A program made the translations under genes and the position numbers. From assembly GCA_037144045.1 (NCBI GenBank), contig JBAWXN010000002.1, positions 54,734 to 118,733 of the forward strand: a DNA stretch of 64,000 bases, written 5' to 3'. Positions 8,376-17,264 of this stretch are shown here, piece by piece (position 1 is the first letter of the stretch; each line of letters begins with the position of its first letter). The stretch is from a bacterium (GTDB taxonomy: Bacteria > Patescibacteriota > Minisyncoccia > Phycocordibacterales > UBA1006). The notes under the pieces were generated by a model. It did not search any database. It worked only from the letters and a program-made list of their open reading frames with translations, and had not been told where the DNA came from.

Positions 8376-10319
8376 ATGAAAAATTACAAGTCTCCTTCAA
8401 CCTTTGTTCGTGCTGCAACCATTACCCCTACCCTTACTGTAGGGAACGTTGCCGAAAACACCAAGATCTGCCTTGGCGCTATTAAACAAGCCTACGACGC
8501 CGGTGCACGCATCATCGCTCTGCCTGAACTCGCCCTAACCGGATATACGGCAGCAGACCTGTTTCATACTGACACTCTTAACGCAGCTGTAGAACAAGCG
8601 CTCGTTGATATTGCAGCAGCAACCAAAAAATACGAGGCCACCATCATTATTGGGGCCCCTATCCGAACAGTTCGAGGGATTATCAATGCGGCGGTAGTCT
8701 ACACAGACGGCGAAATTGTAGGGGTAGTGCCTAAAATGCACCTCCCTAACTACAAAGAATTTTATGAGAAACGATGGTTTATTTCTGGATTTGAAACTCC
8801 TGAACCAACTATTTCAATTAATAATGTTGAAGTTCCTTACGGGTCAAACATTTTGTTCACGGATAAAAATAACAAAAAGGTGACTATTGGAATTGAAATT
8901 TGTGAAGACGTATGGATGCCTATACCACCTACTACTGTACACGCACTGAATGGAGCAACTATCTTGATTAACCTTTCGGCGTCAAATGAAATTGTAGGTA
9001 AAGCGGCTTTTCGTAAAGACATGGTAGTAATGCAGTCAGCAAAAACTATCGCCGCGTACATTTACGTGTCATGTGGTGTTCACGAATCTACTACTGATGT
9101 TGTATTTTCTGGACATTCACTCATTGCAGAAAACGGAACACTCATTGCAGAATCACCTCGTTATGCTCGTGAAACCGTAATTACGTACGCCGACATTGAT
9201 ATTGATCACATTGTTACTGATCGCAACCGAACGAATTCATTCGCTGATAATCAAAATGTTGTAGATGTCCCTGCATGGAGCACTATTACGGTTTCTGCAC
9301 CTATTATTAACGGTGTGCCAACCCTTCGTCACGTATCACCTACCCCATTCCTTCCTGCTGACGCAACAAAACGAGCTATCGTTACTGATGATATTTTCAA
9401 TATTCAAGTAGCAGGACTTGCAAAACGACTTCAGAGTATCAATGCTAAAAAAGTAGTCATTGGACTTTCTGGAGGACTTGATTCTACACTTGCCTTCTTG
9501 GTGTGTGTAAAAGTATTTGATTTATTGAAACTTGATCGCAAAGATATTCACGCGATTACCATGCCAGGATTTGGAACAACATCTGGAACTAAAAATAACG
9601 CCTATGATCTAGCAGCTGCAGCTGGTGCAACTCTTGAAGAAATTTCAATTGTTGCAGGAGTGAATCAACACTTCAAAGACATTAAACACGATGACCAAGT
9701 TGAAAACTTTGTGTTTGAAAACAGCCAGGCACGTTATCGAACCATGATCTTGTTTAACAAAGCAAATCAACTAGGTGGTATTGTTGTTGGAACCGGAGAC
9801 CTTTCTGAAATGGCTCTCGGCTGGTGTACCTTCAATGGAGATCATATTTCAAACTACAACGTAAACGGCGGTATTCCAAAAACACTTATTAAATATGTAG
9901 TGCAGCACGTTGCAACAACTGGGGCACCTGATATGCAAAAAGTTCTTACCGACATTTTGGATACCCCTATTTCTCCAGAACTTAAACGAGCTGATAACGA
10001 TAAGATTACTCAGAAAACAGAAGATTTGGTTGGGCCTTACATCCTGCACGACTTCTTCTTGTACCACTTCTTGCGTTGGGGAAGTTCACCGGAAAAAATC
10101 CTTATGCTTGCTGACCTTGCATTCAAGGATTCTGAATTCGACACAGCAACCATTCGTAAATGGTTCAAGGAATTCATGACGCGATTCTTTAAAAATCAAT
10201 GGAAACGTTCAGTTATGGCTGACGGTCCAAAGGTCGGTTCCGTTGCTCTTTCACCTCGTGGTGATTGGCGCATGCCATCTGACGCTGATGTTGCAGAATG
10301 GATAAACAGTGTAGAATAG
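8376..10319 (+). CDS. nadE: glutamine-dependent NAD+ synthetase
   Basis: N-terminal CN-hydrolase domain (PELALTGY, GIEICEDVW with the catalytic Cys) fused to an NAD synthetase domain with the PP-loop GLSGGLDST. 647 aa. Confidence 0.9.
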   Translation: MKNYKSPSTFVRAATITPTLTVGNVAENTKICLGAIKQAYDAGARIIALPELALTGYTAADLFHTDTLNAAVEQALVDIAAATKKYEATIIIGAPIRTVRGIINAAVVYTDGEIVGVVPKMHLPNYKEFYEKRWFISGFETPEPTISINNVEVPYGSNILFTDKNNKKVTIGIEICEDVWMPIPPTTVHALNGATILINLSASNEIVGKAAFRKDMVVMQSAKTIAAYIYVSCGVHESTTDVVFSGHSLIAENGTLIAESPRYARETVITYADIDIDHIVTDRNRTNSFADNQNVVDVPAWSTITVSAPIINGVPTLRHVSPTPFLPADATKRAIVTDDIFNIQVAGLAKRLQSINAKKVVIGLSGGLDSTLAFLVCVKVFDLLKLDRKDIHAITMPGFGTTSGTKNNAYDLAAAAGATLEEISIVAGVNQHFKDIKHDDQVENFVFENSQARYRTMILFNKANQLGGIVVGTGDLSEMALGWCTFNGDHISNYNVNGGIPKTLIKYVVQHVATTGAPDMQKVLTDILDTPISPELKRADNDKITQKTEDLVGPYILHDFFLYHFLRWGSSPEKILMLADLAFKDSEFDTATIRKWFKEFMTRFFKNQWKRSVMADGPKVGSVALSPRGDWRMPSDADVAEWINSVE

Positions 10320-10323
10320 AACT

Positions 10324-10983
10324 ATGCCAGATAAATCATTTCTTAACCCAACGCTTGTGGTAGACATTGTATTATTCACCATTGAGGACGGTGATTTGAA
10401 AGTCCTCTTGATTAATCGTGACGGTGATCCTTTTAAAGGATTTGAAGCACTTCCCGGAGGTTACCTCCTTGCGGGTGAAACAACCAAGACTGCTGCAGAG
10501 CGAGTCCTCAAGGAAAAAGCTGGAGTATCCGATATTTATATCGAACAGCTCTACACGTTTGATGAACTCAATCGTGATCCTCGTGGACCAGTATTTTCAG
10601 TAACCTACCTTGCGCTCGTTCCGCCAGGACTCAATCCTGAAGAACAAGGAACGCAACATCCTAAATGGTTTTCCGTGAAAAAACTTCCTAAGTTAGGATT
10701 TGATCACAAAGCCATTATTGATTACGCTAAGGAACGTCTTCAAGGAAAAATTGAATATACTACTATTGCATTTGGAACCCTCCCTAAACTATTTACCTTA
10801 ACCCAAGTGCAGCAAGTATACGAAGCGATTCTTGAAAAAGAAATTGATAAACGAAATTTCCGTAAGAAGATCGACCAACTTGGCTTCCTTAAAGAAACCA
10901 AGCAAACCCTATCTGGTATGCGCCAGCGCCCTGCGAAGTTGTACACCTTAGGTGCGAAATCTAAAACGATTAAATTGTTTTAA
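10324..10983 (+). CDS. nrtR: NrtR-like Nudix-related transcriptional regulator of NAD metabolism
   Basis: N-terminal Nudix fold with a degenerate box (LPGGYLLAGETTKTAAERVLKEKAGV, Glu replaced by Lys). C-terminal winged helix with NFRKKIDQLGFL...RPAKLYTL, characteristic of NrtR. Embedded among nadE/nadD/pncAB/prs. Confidence 0.6.
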   Translation: MPDKSFLNPTLVVDIVLFTIEDGDLKVLLINRDGDPFKGFEALPGGYLLAGETTKTAAERVLKEKAGVSDIYIEQLYTFDELNRDPRGPVFSVTYLALVPPGLNPEEQGTQHPKWFSVKKLPKLGFDHKAIIDYAKERLQGKIEYTTIAFGTLPKLFTLTQVQQVYEAILEKEIDKRNFRKKIDQLGFLKETKQTLSGMRQRPAKLYTLGAKSKTIKLF

Positions 10984-10984
10984 C

Positions 10985-11020
10985 AAAAAACCCTGTCACT
11001 ATGTGACAGGGTTTCCGTTT
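10985..11020 (+). terminator. Rho-independent terminator
   Basis: ACCCTGTCAC-tat-GTGACAGGGT hairpin followed by a T-rich tract. Confidence 0.5.
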
Positions 11021-11036
11021 TACTAAACGAAAAAAA

Positions 11037-11486
11037 TTAAAGGTTTTGAAGTATCACCAGCGCTTCGTCTTTTGTAATAATTTTATAGTTATTACTGTCT
11101 GAAACCGCAGTATAGTCTTCTTTACCATCTTCAAATCGAACATGGTAGCACAGTCGTAATGTGCCATCATCAAGCTTGAAGAATACTACTGCAATAATTT
11201 CAGCAGGCACATCTCTTCTAAAAGAAAAACTATGTGTGCCAACTAAATATGCTCTTTCGCACTTGGCACGATTTAGATGATCTTCTACTTCTACTTCTGT
11301 TGCAAAAATTGGCTTTAAGCCCGGAAGGAGTTCACCATTATCAGCATAAGCATTGTCACCTAGCCGCTTGGTTTTGTACGGTAAATTATCGAAATGAATC
11401 ATGTCATTTCCGCCAGGGTTGTGATTCATAACAAACACCTCGCCAGGTTTAAGTTCTGGATGATTTTTATTGAATTGCATTCGCAC
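11037..11486 (-). CDS. hypothetical protein (unknown function, inside the NAD cluster)
   Basis: 149-aa ORF between nrtR and nadD. No motif recognised. Confidence 0.35.
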   Translation of the reverse strand: MRMQFNKNHPELKPGEVFVMNHNPGGNDMIHFDNLPYKTKRLGDNAYADNGELLPGLKPIFATEVEVEDHLNRAKCERAYLVGTHSFSFRRDVPAEIIAVVFFKLDDGTLRLCYHVRFEDGKEDYTAVSDSNNYKIITKDEALVILQNL

Positions 11487-11553
11487 ATTTTTAGTTAAAC
11501 AAAGAAATACACTTATTTATAATATCATAAATAAGTGTATTTGTCAATATATC

Positions 11554-12156
11554 TTATCGATACAAGCCTTTTTCCTCGATATAATCATGCACCGCCTGCG
11601 GAATTACTTCTGTGGGTTTTTGATTTCCAGAAATCATGCCCCGTACATCGGTTGCGGATAGTTCTAGAACCCCCGGTAAAAAGGTTGCACGAATACCATG
11701 AGGCACGTCTACAGGAATATTTGAACGATTACGCACAATTAAATCGTGATACGTAACAATTTCATCACCGTATTCCCATGCCAAGATCGATCGCAAGATA
11801 TCATCCCCGGCAATGATTGAAAACGCATAATCAATATGTTTTGCTCGCAATGCACGCAGCGTGTGAAACGTATATGATGGCCGAGGCAGTTCGTCTTCGA
11901 TATCGCACACCTGCATATCCGGATTACTTACCGTTGCACGTCGTACCATTTCAAGGCGGTCTTCGAATGGAGCAAGGCTCCCTAATGGTTTATCAGGATT
12001 ATGTGGCGAAACCACATACCACACCTCGTTCACTAATCCTGCATCAAGGGCCGCTTGCCCAAGTGCAATATGACCGTTGTGAACAGGGTTAAATGAGCCA
12101 AAGAGTAAGCCAACTTTTTTCTTTTCTGCGTATTTCATAGGAATACTATAGCACAA
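11554..12156 (-). CDS. nadD: nicotinate-nucleotide adenylyltransferase
   Basis: FGSFNPVHNGH (HxGH nucleotidyltransferase motif) and the C-terminal LSATDVRGMI (ISSTxIR motif). 200 aa. Confidence 0.85.
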   Translation of the reverse strand: MCYSIPMKYAEKKKVGLLFGSFNPVHNGHIALGQAALDAGLVNEVWYVVSPHNPDKPLGSLAPFEDRLEMVRRATVSNPDMQVCDIEDELPRPSYTFHTLRALRAKHIDYAFSIIAGDDILRSILAWEYGDEIVTYHDLIVRNRSNIPVDVPHGIRATFLPGVLELSATDVRGMISGNQKPTEVIPQAVHDYIEEKGLYR

Positions 12157-12210
12157 GGAGCTACATTGACTTTTTATATAATATGTGATTAATTATAAAA
12201 AAATTTACAA

Positions 12211-13077
12211 ATGAAGAACAAAACAAGCACGTTTTTTGCACTCATCCTGAAATCACCCAAACTTCTGAAACTTTTCAAAATATTAAAATTAATGAAGTTT
12301 GCAAAACCCATGGTGACCATCATTACTATTGCAATTTCAATACTGGCATATTCTATCGTTTATAGTCCATGGATAGCAGTAGGACTCGTGACACTCATTT
12401 TTGTACACGAGATGGGCCACGTCATTGCAATGAACCGACTCGGATTTAAAACAAGTGGACCAGTATTCATACCGTTTCTAGGTGCCGCACTTTTTGCACC
12501 GAGAGACATGACCAGAAAACAAGAAGCCATTCTTGGTATTGGCGGTCCACTACTCGGTAGCCTCTTTGCTTTTCTTGTTGCCGGTATTGCATACCTTACA
12601 CATTCAAAAGAACTCATGATGATCGGTTATCTAGGTATTTTTATAAACCTATTTAATATGGTACCTATTAGTCCCCTTGACAGTGGAAGAGTTACTCAGG
12701 CGGTTGGTAAATTTTTTCCAATTATTGGCTTCTTAATACTTATCGGTGTCACGCTTGCTTTTAAATCTCCGGGGATACTCCTTATTTGGATCTTAGTTCT
12801 TTTTGATTTTACCTTCATGAAGGTTCAGCTACGCTTCTTTTTTGCTCTAATTGTTGAGCTTGCCATGATTTTCATGTTAACTCAAGGAATTGGCATTAGT
12901 GACGATGGTCAATTTTGGTCAGTATTCGCAGACGTAATTATTGGTGGCCTTTACTTATTACTCATTGGAGCAAGTATTGCCTCTGACGCAAAGAAGACGG
13001 AGGAAGTTTTTCTGAAGGCGCAAACCGCGAAGCTCTTACATTTAAAGAAAAACTGTTCTGGTTTTTTACATGGTTAA
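12211..13077 (+). CDS. site-2 protease family (peptidase M50) membrane metalloprotease
   Basis: HEMGH zinc motif in a TM helix. NMVPISPLDSGR matches the second M50 signature (NxxPxxxLDGG). Multiple TM segments. Confidence 0.7.
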   Translation: MKNKTSTFFALILKSPKLLKLFKILKLMKFAKPMVTIITIAISILAYSIVYSPWIAVGLVTLIFVHEMGHVIAMNRLGFKTSGPVFIPFLGAALFAPRDMTRKQEAILGIGGPLLGSLFAFLVAGIAYLTHSKELMMIGYLGIFINLFNMVPISPLDSGRVTQAVGKFFPIIGFLILIGVTLAFKSPGILLIWILVLFDFTFMKVQLRFFFALIVELAMIFMLTQGIGISDDGQFWSVFADVIIGGLYLLLIGASIASDAKKTEEVFLKAQTAKLLHLKKNCSGFLHG

Positions 13078-13259
13078 GTACATCTACAGTTTTACTGGTG
13101 TCATTATTCTATATAAAAAGCTCATTACAAGTTTTTGCACTTACTTAATATATACCTCCCTACAATTTTGCGGGGAGGTTATTTTGTTACTTGACTTTAA
13201 ACGTAATTCATGCTATTGTGTATACGGAAGTTTTTCCAAAACAAAAAATTTAAGAAACA

Positions 13260-13799
13260 ATGAAAGGAGCACTTATCGGATTTGGACTTTTTGCCGTAAT
13301 TGGCTTAGGCCTATTTTTTTACTACATCGGTTTGAAAAACACTGAACAACGCCAACGTAACGCAGTAAATGCACAAACACAGGCAGCGCAGGTTAATTTT
13401 GACGCCATGTGGAAAATCATTAAAGAACAAGCCGGTGTGGCTGATAAGCACAAGGATGCATTTAAGGAAATTTTTATTGGGCAGGCAGAGGCTCGCTATT
13501 CAAAAGACGGGAACCTTATGTTCAAAATGATTACCGAAGACAATCCTGCTTTCACACCCGAACTATATGCAAAATTAATGACTTCTATTGAAGCAAACCG
13601 TAAGGCGTTTGAATTCGAACAGAAAAAATTAATTAGCATGAACCAGGTGCACACCGATTTTGTAACTACATTCCCCGGTAGCATACTTGGCAAAGAAGTA
13701 ATTGAAATTAAATTAGTAACTTCAGCCAGAACAAAAAATGCTTACGAAACCGGTGAAGACAACGAAACATTAATTGACGAGAAGAAACCCACTAAGTAA
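13260..13799 (+). CDS. membrane-anchored hypothetical protein (LemA-like topology, motifs not conserved)
   Basis: Single N-terminal TM followed by a helical soluble domain. It lacks the LemA RRxDLIPNLV motif. Immediately precedes the Cys-rich membrane protein. Confidence 0.35.
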   Translation: MKGALIGFGLFAVIGLGLFFYYIGLKNTEQRQRNAVNAQTQAAQVNFDAMWKIIKEQAGVADKHKDAFKEIFIGQAEARYSKDGNLMFKMITEDNPAFTPELYAKLMTSIEANRKAFEFEQKKLISMNQVHTDFVTTFPGSILGKEVIEIKLVTSARTKNAYETGEDNETLIDEKKPTK

Positions 13800-13802
13800 C
13801 CC

Positions 13803-14939
13803 ATGGTAATATACGGAGCCGTACTTATCTCGATTATTGTTACCGCGCTCCTCTTCCTTTATTTTAGAAAGCAAATCGCGTGGTGGGAATATTTTATTCC
13901 CATCCCGGTTTCTTTACTATTAGTAATTGGAATGAAGGCCATGATTGAACAAACCCAAGTAACCTCTACGGAATACTGGGGCAGCATGGTTGCGCGCGTT
14001 GAATACTACGAAGACTGGGATGAGTGGATCACTCAAACCTGCTACAAAGAGTGCTGCTGTGATAAAGATGGTAAAAACTGTGGTCAAGAGCCATACGACT
14101 GCTCCCACAGAGACTACCATTCAGCCTACTGGCAAATCATTACTACAACAGGAGAAACGATTTCGATAACCGAATCGGAGTACGCCCGTATCAAAGGCAT
14201 ACTTGGCAATGAAACATTCAAAGATCTTGGTCGTGATTATTACACCAAGGACGGAGATGAATACTATTGCACCTGGGATGGGAGTGAAGCAAAAGCAATA
14301 CCTGTTACAACGGTTCACAGTTACGAAAACCGCGTAAAAGCAACCGACCTCAACGTGTTTCACTTTGACAAGGTTGATGATAGTACTAAAGTTCACTACG
14401 AACTGAAAGACTATCCCGGCATGGTAAACAATAACTACACTCAAAATTCATTACTCGGAGATAATTCCCCCGATGCAGTCCAAGCTAATAAAAAGCTTAA
14501 CTACATCAACGGGAAACTCGGACCTAAAAAACAGGTTCGCGTATTCCTCCTTGTTTTCAAAGACCAACCACTTGATGCAGGAATGTACCAAGAATGGTAC
14601 TGGGCCGGAGGAAACAAAAATGAGTTTGTGGTATGCGTTGGCATTGACCGTAACCGTAATGTTACCTGGTGCAAACCTATTAGTTGGACGTACAACGAAA
14701 CACTTAAGGTTGAGACCCGTGATTTTGTTACCCAGCAGAAGCAAGTGAACTTAACCGCTATCGCCAACTACTTGGAATCAGCCATAGATACCAAATTCCA
14801 AAGAAGACATTTCAAGGAGTTTAACTATCTAACGGTTGAACCACCAACGTGGGCCATTGTTCTTACCTACATCATTACTCTATTAGTCAATTTTGGAATC
14901 GGCTACTGGGTAATCAATAACGAATTTGACGAAGAGTAA
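13803..14939 (+). CDS. Cys-rich membrane protein with N- and C-terminal TM helices
   Basis: 378 aa. TM at both ends, a central domain with CYKECCCDKDGKNCG...YDCSH...YYCTWDG, and several N-glycosylation-like NxT/S sites. No known family recognised. Confidence 0.35.
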   Translation: MVIYGAVLISIIVTALLFLYFRKQIAWWEYFIPIPVSLLLVIGMKAMIEQTQVTSTEYWGSMVARVEYYEDWDEWITQTCYKECCCDKDGKNCGQEPYDCSHRDYHSAYWQIITTTGETISITESEYARIKGILGNETFKDLGRDYYTKDGDEYYCTWDGSEAKAIPVTTVHSYENRVKATDLNVFHFDKVDDSTKVHYELKDYPGMVNNNYTQNSLLGDNSPDAVQANKKLNYINGKLGPKKQVRVFLLVFKDQPLDAGMYQEWYWAGGNKNEFVVCVGIDRNRNVTWCKPISWTYNETLKVETRDFVTQQKQVNLTAIANYLESAIDTKFQRRHFKEFNYLTVEPPTWAIVLTYIITLLVNFGIGYWVINNEFDEE

Positions 14940-15009
14940 TCTTCATATCCCTTCTCTTAATTGAGGAGGGATTTTTTTAGGTAAATAAATCCAGTCCATT
15001 TTCTAACTA

Positions 15010-15038
15010 TTGACTTTTATCTATTAATATGTTATATT
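15010..15038 (+). promoter_or_regulatory. sigma70-like promoter upstream of pncA
   Basis: TTGACT-N17-TATATT about 90 nt upstream of the pncA start, in an AT-rich spacer. Confidence 0.35.
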
Positions 15039-15124
15039 AGTATAGATAGAGTATACAAAATATCATGTCTGTGATATATTGTACTTAATACACTAATTAG
15101 TTCATCTTAATAAATTTCATCAAT

Positions 15125-15748
15125 ATGATTGCATTCCTAATTACCATTCTCTTTCTGGTTGCCATAGTATATGTCCTTACCAGAATTATAGCTCTACTAA
15201 ACATCGACATGCAAAATGGTTTCACTCCAGGCGGAGAGCTTGGCGTGAAAGAAGGTGACGTAATTATACCAATAATTAACCGACTCACCTTCTGGTTCAT
15301 CCATATCTTTCGCGCTCTTGTCGTATTTTCTAGAGACTGGCATCCGCGTGTTTCTAAACACTTCAAGGAATTTGGCGGCAATTGGTCAACCCACTGTGTA
15401 ATTAATACACATAGTGCGGAATTCCATAAGGATTTGTTTGTTCCGAAAAATGCCAACATTCTTTCAAAAGGTTTGTACGAAGACGACCAAGCCTACTCGG
15501 CATTCGATAAGAATGCTCGCATCAACGGCATGGACCTAGCCACCTACTTGCGCAAGAAAGGAATAAAGATCCTCTTTGTCACCGGTCTCGCAACAGACTG
15601 GTGTGTGAAGGAAACTGTCCTAGATGCGCGAAAAAATGGATTCTGGGTATTTGTAATCACGAGCGCTATGCGTCCCGTGAATTTGAAACCTGGAGACGAA
15701 GAACGTGCCATCAAGGAAATGAAGGCCGCCGGTGCCATCATTATCTAA
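15125..15748 (+). CDS. pncA: nicotinamidase/pyrazinamidase (isochorismatase family)
   Basis: ALLNIDMQNGF (Asp), FSRDWHP, WSTHCV (catalytic Cys) and GLATDWCV. The N-terminus has an extra 20-aa hydrophobic extension, so the start is uncertain. Confidence 0.8.
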   Translation: MIAFLITILFLVAIVYVLTRIIALLNIDMQNGFTPGGELGVKEGDVIIPIINRLTFWFIHIFRALVVFSRDWHPRVSKHFKEFGGNWSTHCVINTHSAEFHKDLFVPKNANILSKGLYEDDQAYSAFDKNARINGMDLATYLRKKGIKILFVTGLATDWCVKETVLDARKNGFWVFVITSAMRPVNLKPGDEERAIKEMKAAGAIII

Positions 15749-15754
15749 TTTCCA

Positions 15755-15787
15755 AAAACAGCGCCCGGCTAACCCGGGCGTTTTTAT
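15755..15787 (+). terminator. Rho-independent terminator after pncA
   Basis: CGCCCGG-ctaac-CCGGGCG followed by TTTTTATT. Confidence 0.55.
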
Positions 15788-15816
15788 TACTCTAAGTTCG
15801 TGATATATTTAATTTT

Positions 15817-17136
15817 ATGACAACCAATAGAACTACAGAAAACCCAAAAACATTCTCAAGTCTTAATCTCGGACAGCTCGACGATTCGATGTTGAACGGC
15901 CAGATTGTTACTTCACTTCTTGAAGATGACTTTTATAAATTTTCCATGGGACAGGTGCTTTTCGACCATCCAGAATATGGCAATGAAATAATGGTTTGGC
16001 GATTCAAATGCCGAACTAAAATCGCACTTGGTGAATATATTACCGAGGCAGATTTCATGAACGAATACCACCATGTCACGAAACTGCGAGCAACAAAGAC
16101 TGAACTACATTACCTCCGAGGAACCAATGAATACGATGTCCGCATGTTTACTGAAGAGTACCTCGAACACCTTGCAAATCTCCAGGTACCTCCCGCAACA
16201 TTTCATGTAACCCCTGATAATCATATCGAAATTGAAGTCGCAGGACCATGGAGTCATGTGATGCATGCAGAAATGCCCATTTTGAAAATAATCAACACCC
16301 TCTTCTATCGCAGTCAGTTAAAAAATATGTCTCGGATACAACGAGAAGCGATCTATGCAGAAGGAATTAAACGACTCCATGGAACGATACAGCAAATCAA
16401 GGAGCATCCGCATGTTAAATTTTCTGATTTTGGAAACCGTCGCGCATTCGGACCCGTGTGGCATGATTATGTAGTGGCTCGATGTGCGGAAGAATTAGGT
16501 GACCAATTTATTGGGACTTCGAACGTTGCCCTTGCATCTAAATATGATCTGTCACCTATCGGAACCTGTGCTCACGAACTTTCTATGGGAATCACTGCAC
16601 TTATGTTCGACGGCACCGGACAGTCCGTAAAGGATTCACTCAACCGACTCCATGAAATTTGGTGGAATAAGTATGGTCAAGGACTCTCAATTAGTCTTCC
16701 CGATACCTACGGCACGACATTCACCCTTGATCTTATGACGGAACAAATGCTCCGCGACTGGAAAGGATTCCGTATCGATTCCAAAGACCCCATGGTGGCT
16801 ATTCCCGAATTGATCGAAAAATATACCGCTCTAGGTATCGATCCAAAAACAAAAATGGCAATTCCTAGTGACGGGCTCACTGTTGAATCAATGATCGCCA
16901 TCGCTGATACATTCCAAGGACAGATGAAAGTATCGTTTGGTATTGGAACGAATCTTACGAACAATATGGGTCTCAAACAACTCTCTATTGTGGTAAAACC
17001 ATATTCACTCGGAGGAAAATACTGCGTGAAACTTTCCGACAACCTCGAAAAGGCTATGGGAGAACCAGAGACCGTTGCTGCTTACAAGAAAGCACTCGGA
17101 TATCACGAAACCTATGACAAAGAAACTATTGTTTAA
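15817..17136 (+). CDS. pncB: nicotinate phosphoribosyltransferase
   Basis: LLEDDFYKFSM (PncB N-terminus), DFGNRRA and GTSNV motifs. 439 aa. Confidence 0.85.
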   Translation: MTTNRTTENPKTFSSLNLGQLDDSMLNGQIVTSLLEDDFYKFSMGQVLFDHPEYGNEIMVWRFKCRTKIALGEYITEADFMNEYHHVTKLRATKTELHYLRGTNEYDVRMFTEEYLEHLANLQVPPATFHVTPDNHIEIEVAGPWSHVMHAEMPILKIINTLFYRSQLKNMSRIQREAIYAEGIKRLHGTIQQIKEHPHVKFSDFGNRRAFGPVWHDYVVARCAEELGDQFIGTSNVALASKYDLSPIGTCAHELSMGITALMFDGTGQSVKDSLNRLHEIWWNKYGQGLSISLPDTYGTTFTLDLMTEQMLRDWKGFRIDSKDPMVAIPELIEKYTALGIDPKTKMAIPSDGLTVESMIAIADTFQGQMKVSFGIGTNLTNNMGLKQLSIVVKPYSLGGKYCVKLSDNLEKAMGEPETVAAYKKALGYHETYDKETIV

Positions 17137-17264
17137 GTAGTCTAAAAAAGATCCTAAGAAGGGTCTTTTTTGGTTGTTAAAAACAAGTATTGACTTTTCG
17201 TAAAAATATTATACAATAATTTCAACAATTCCCTTTTACGTTCATTCATAAAAAAATTATATCC

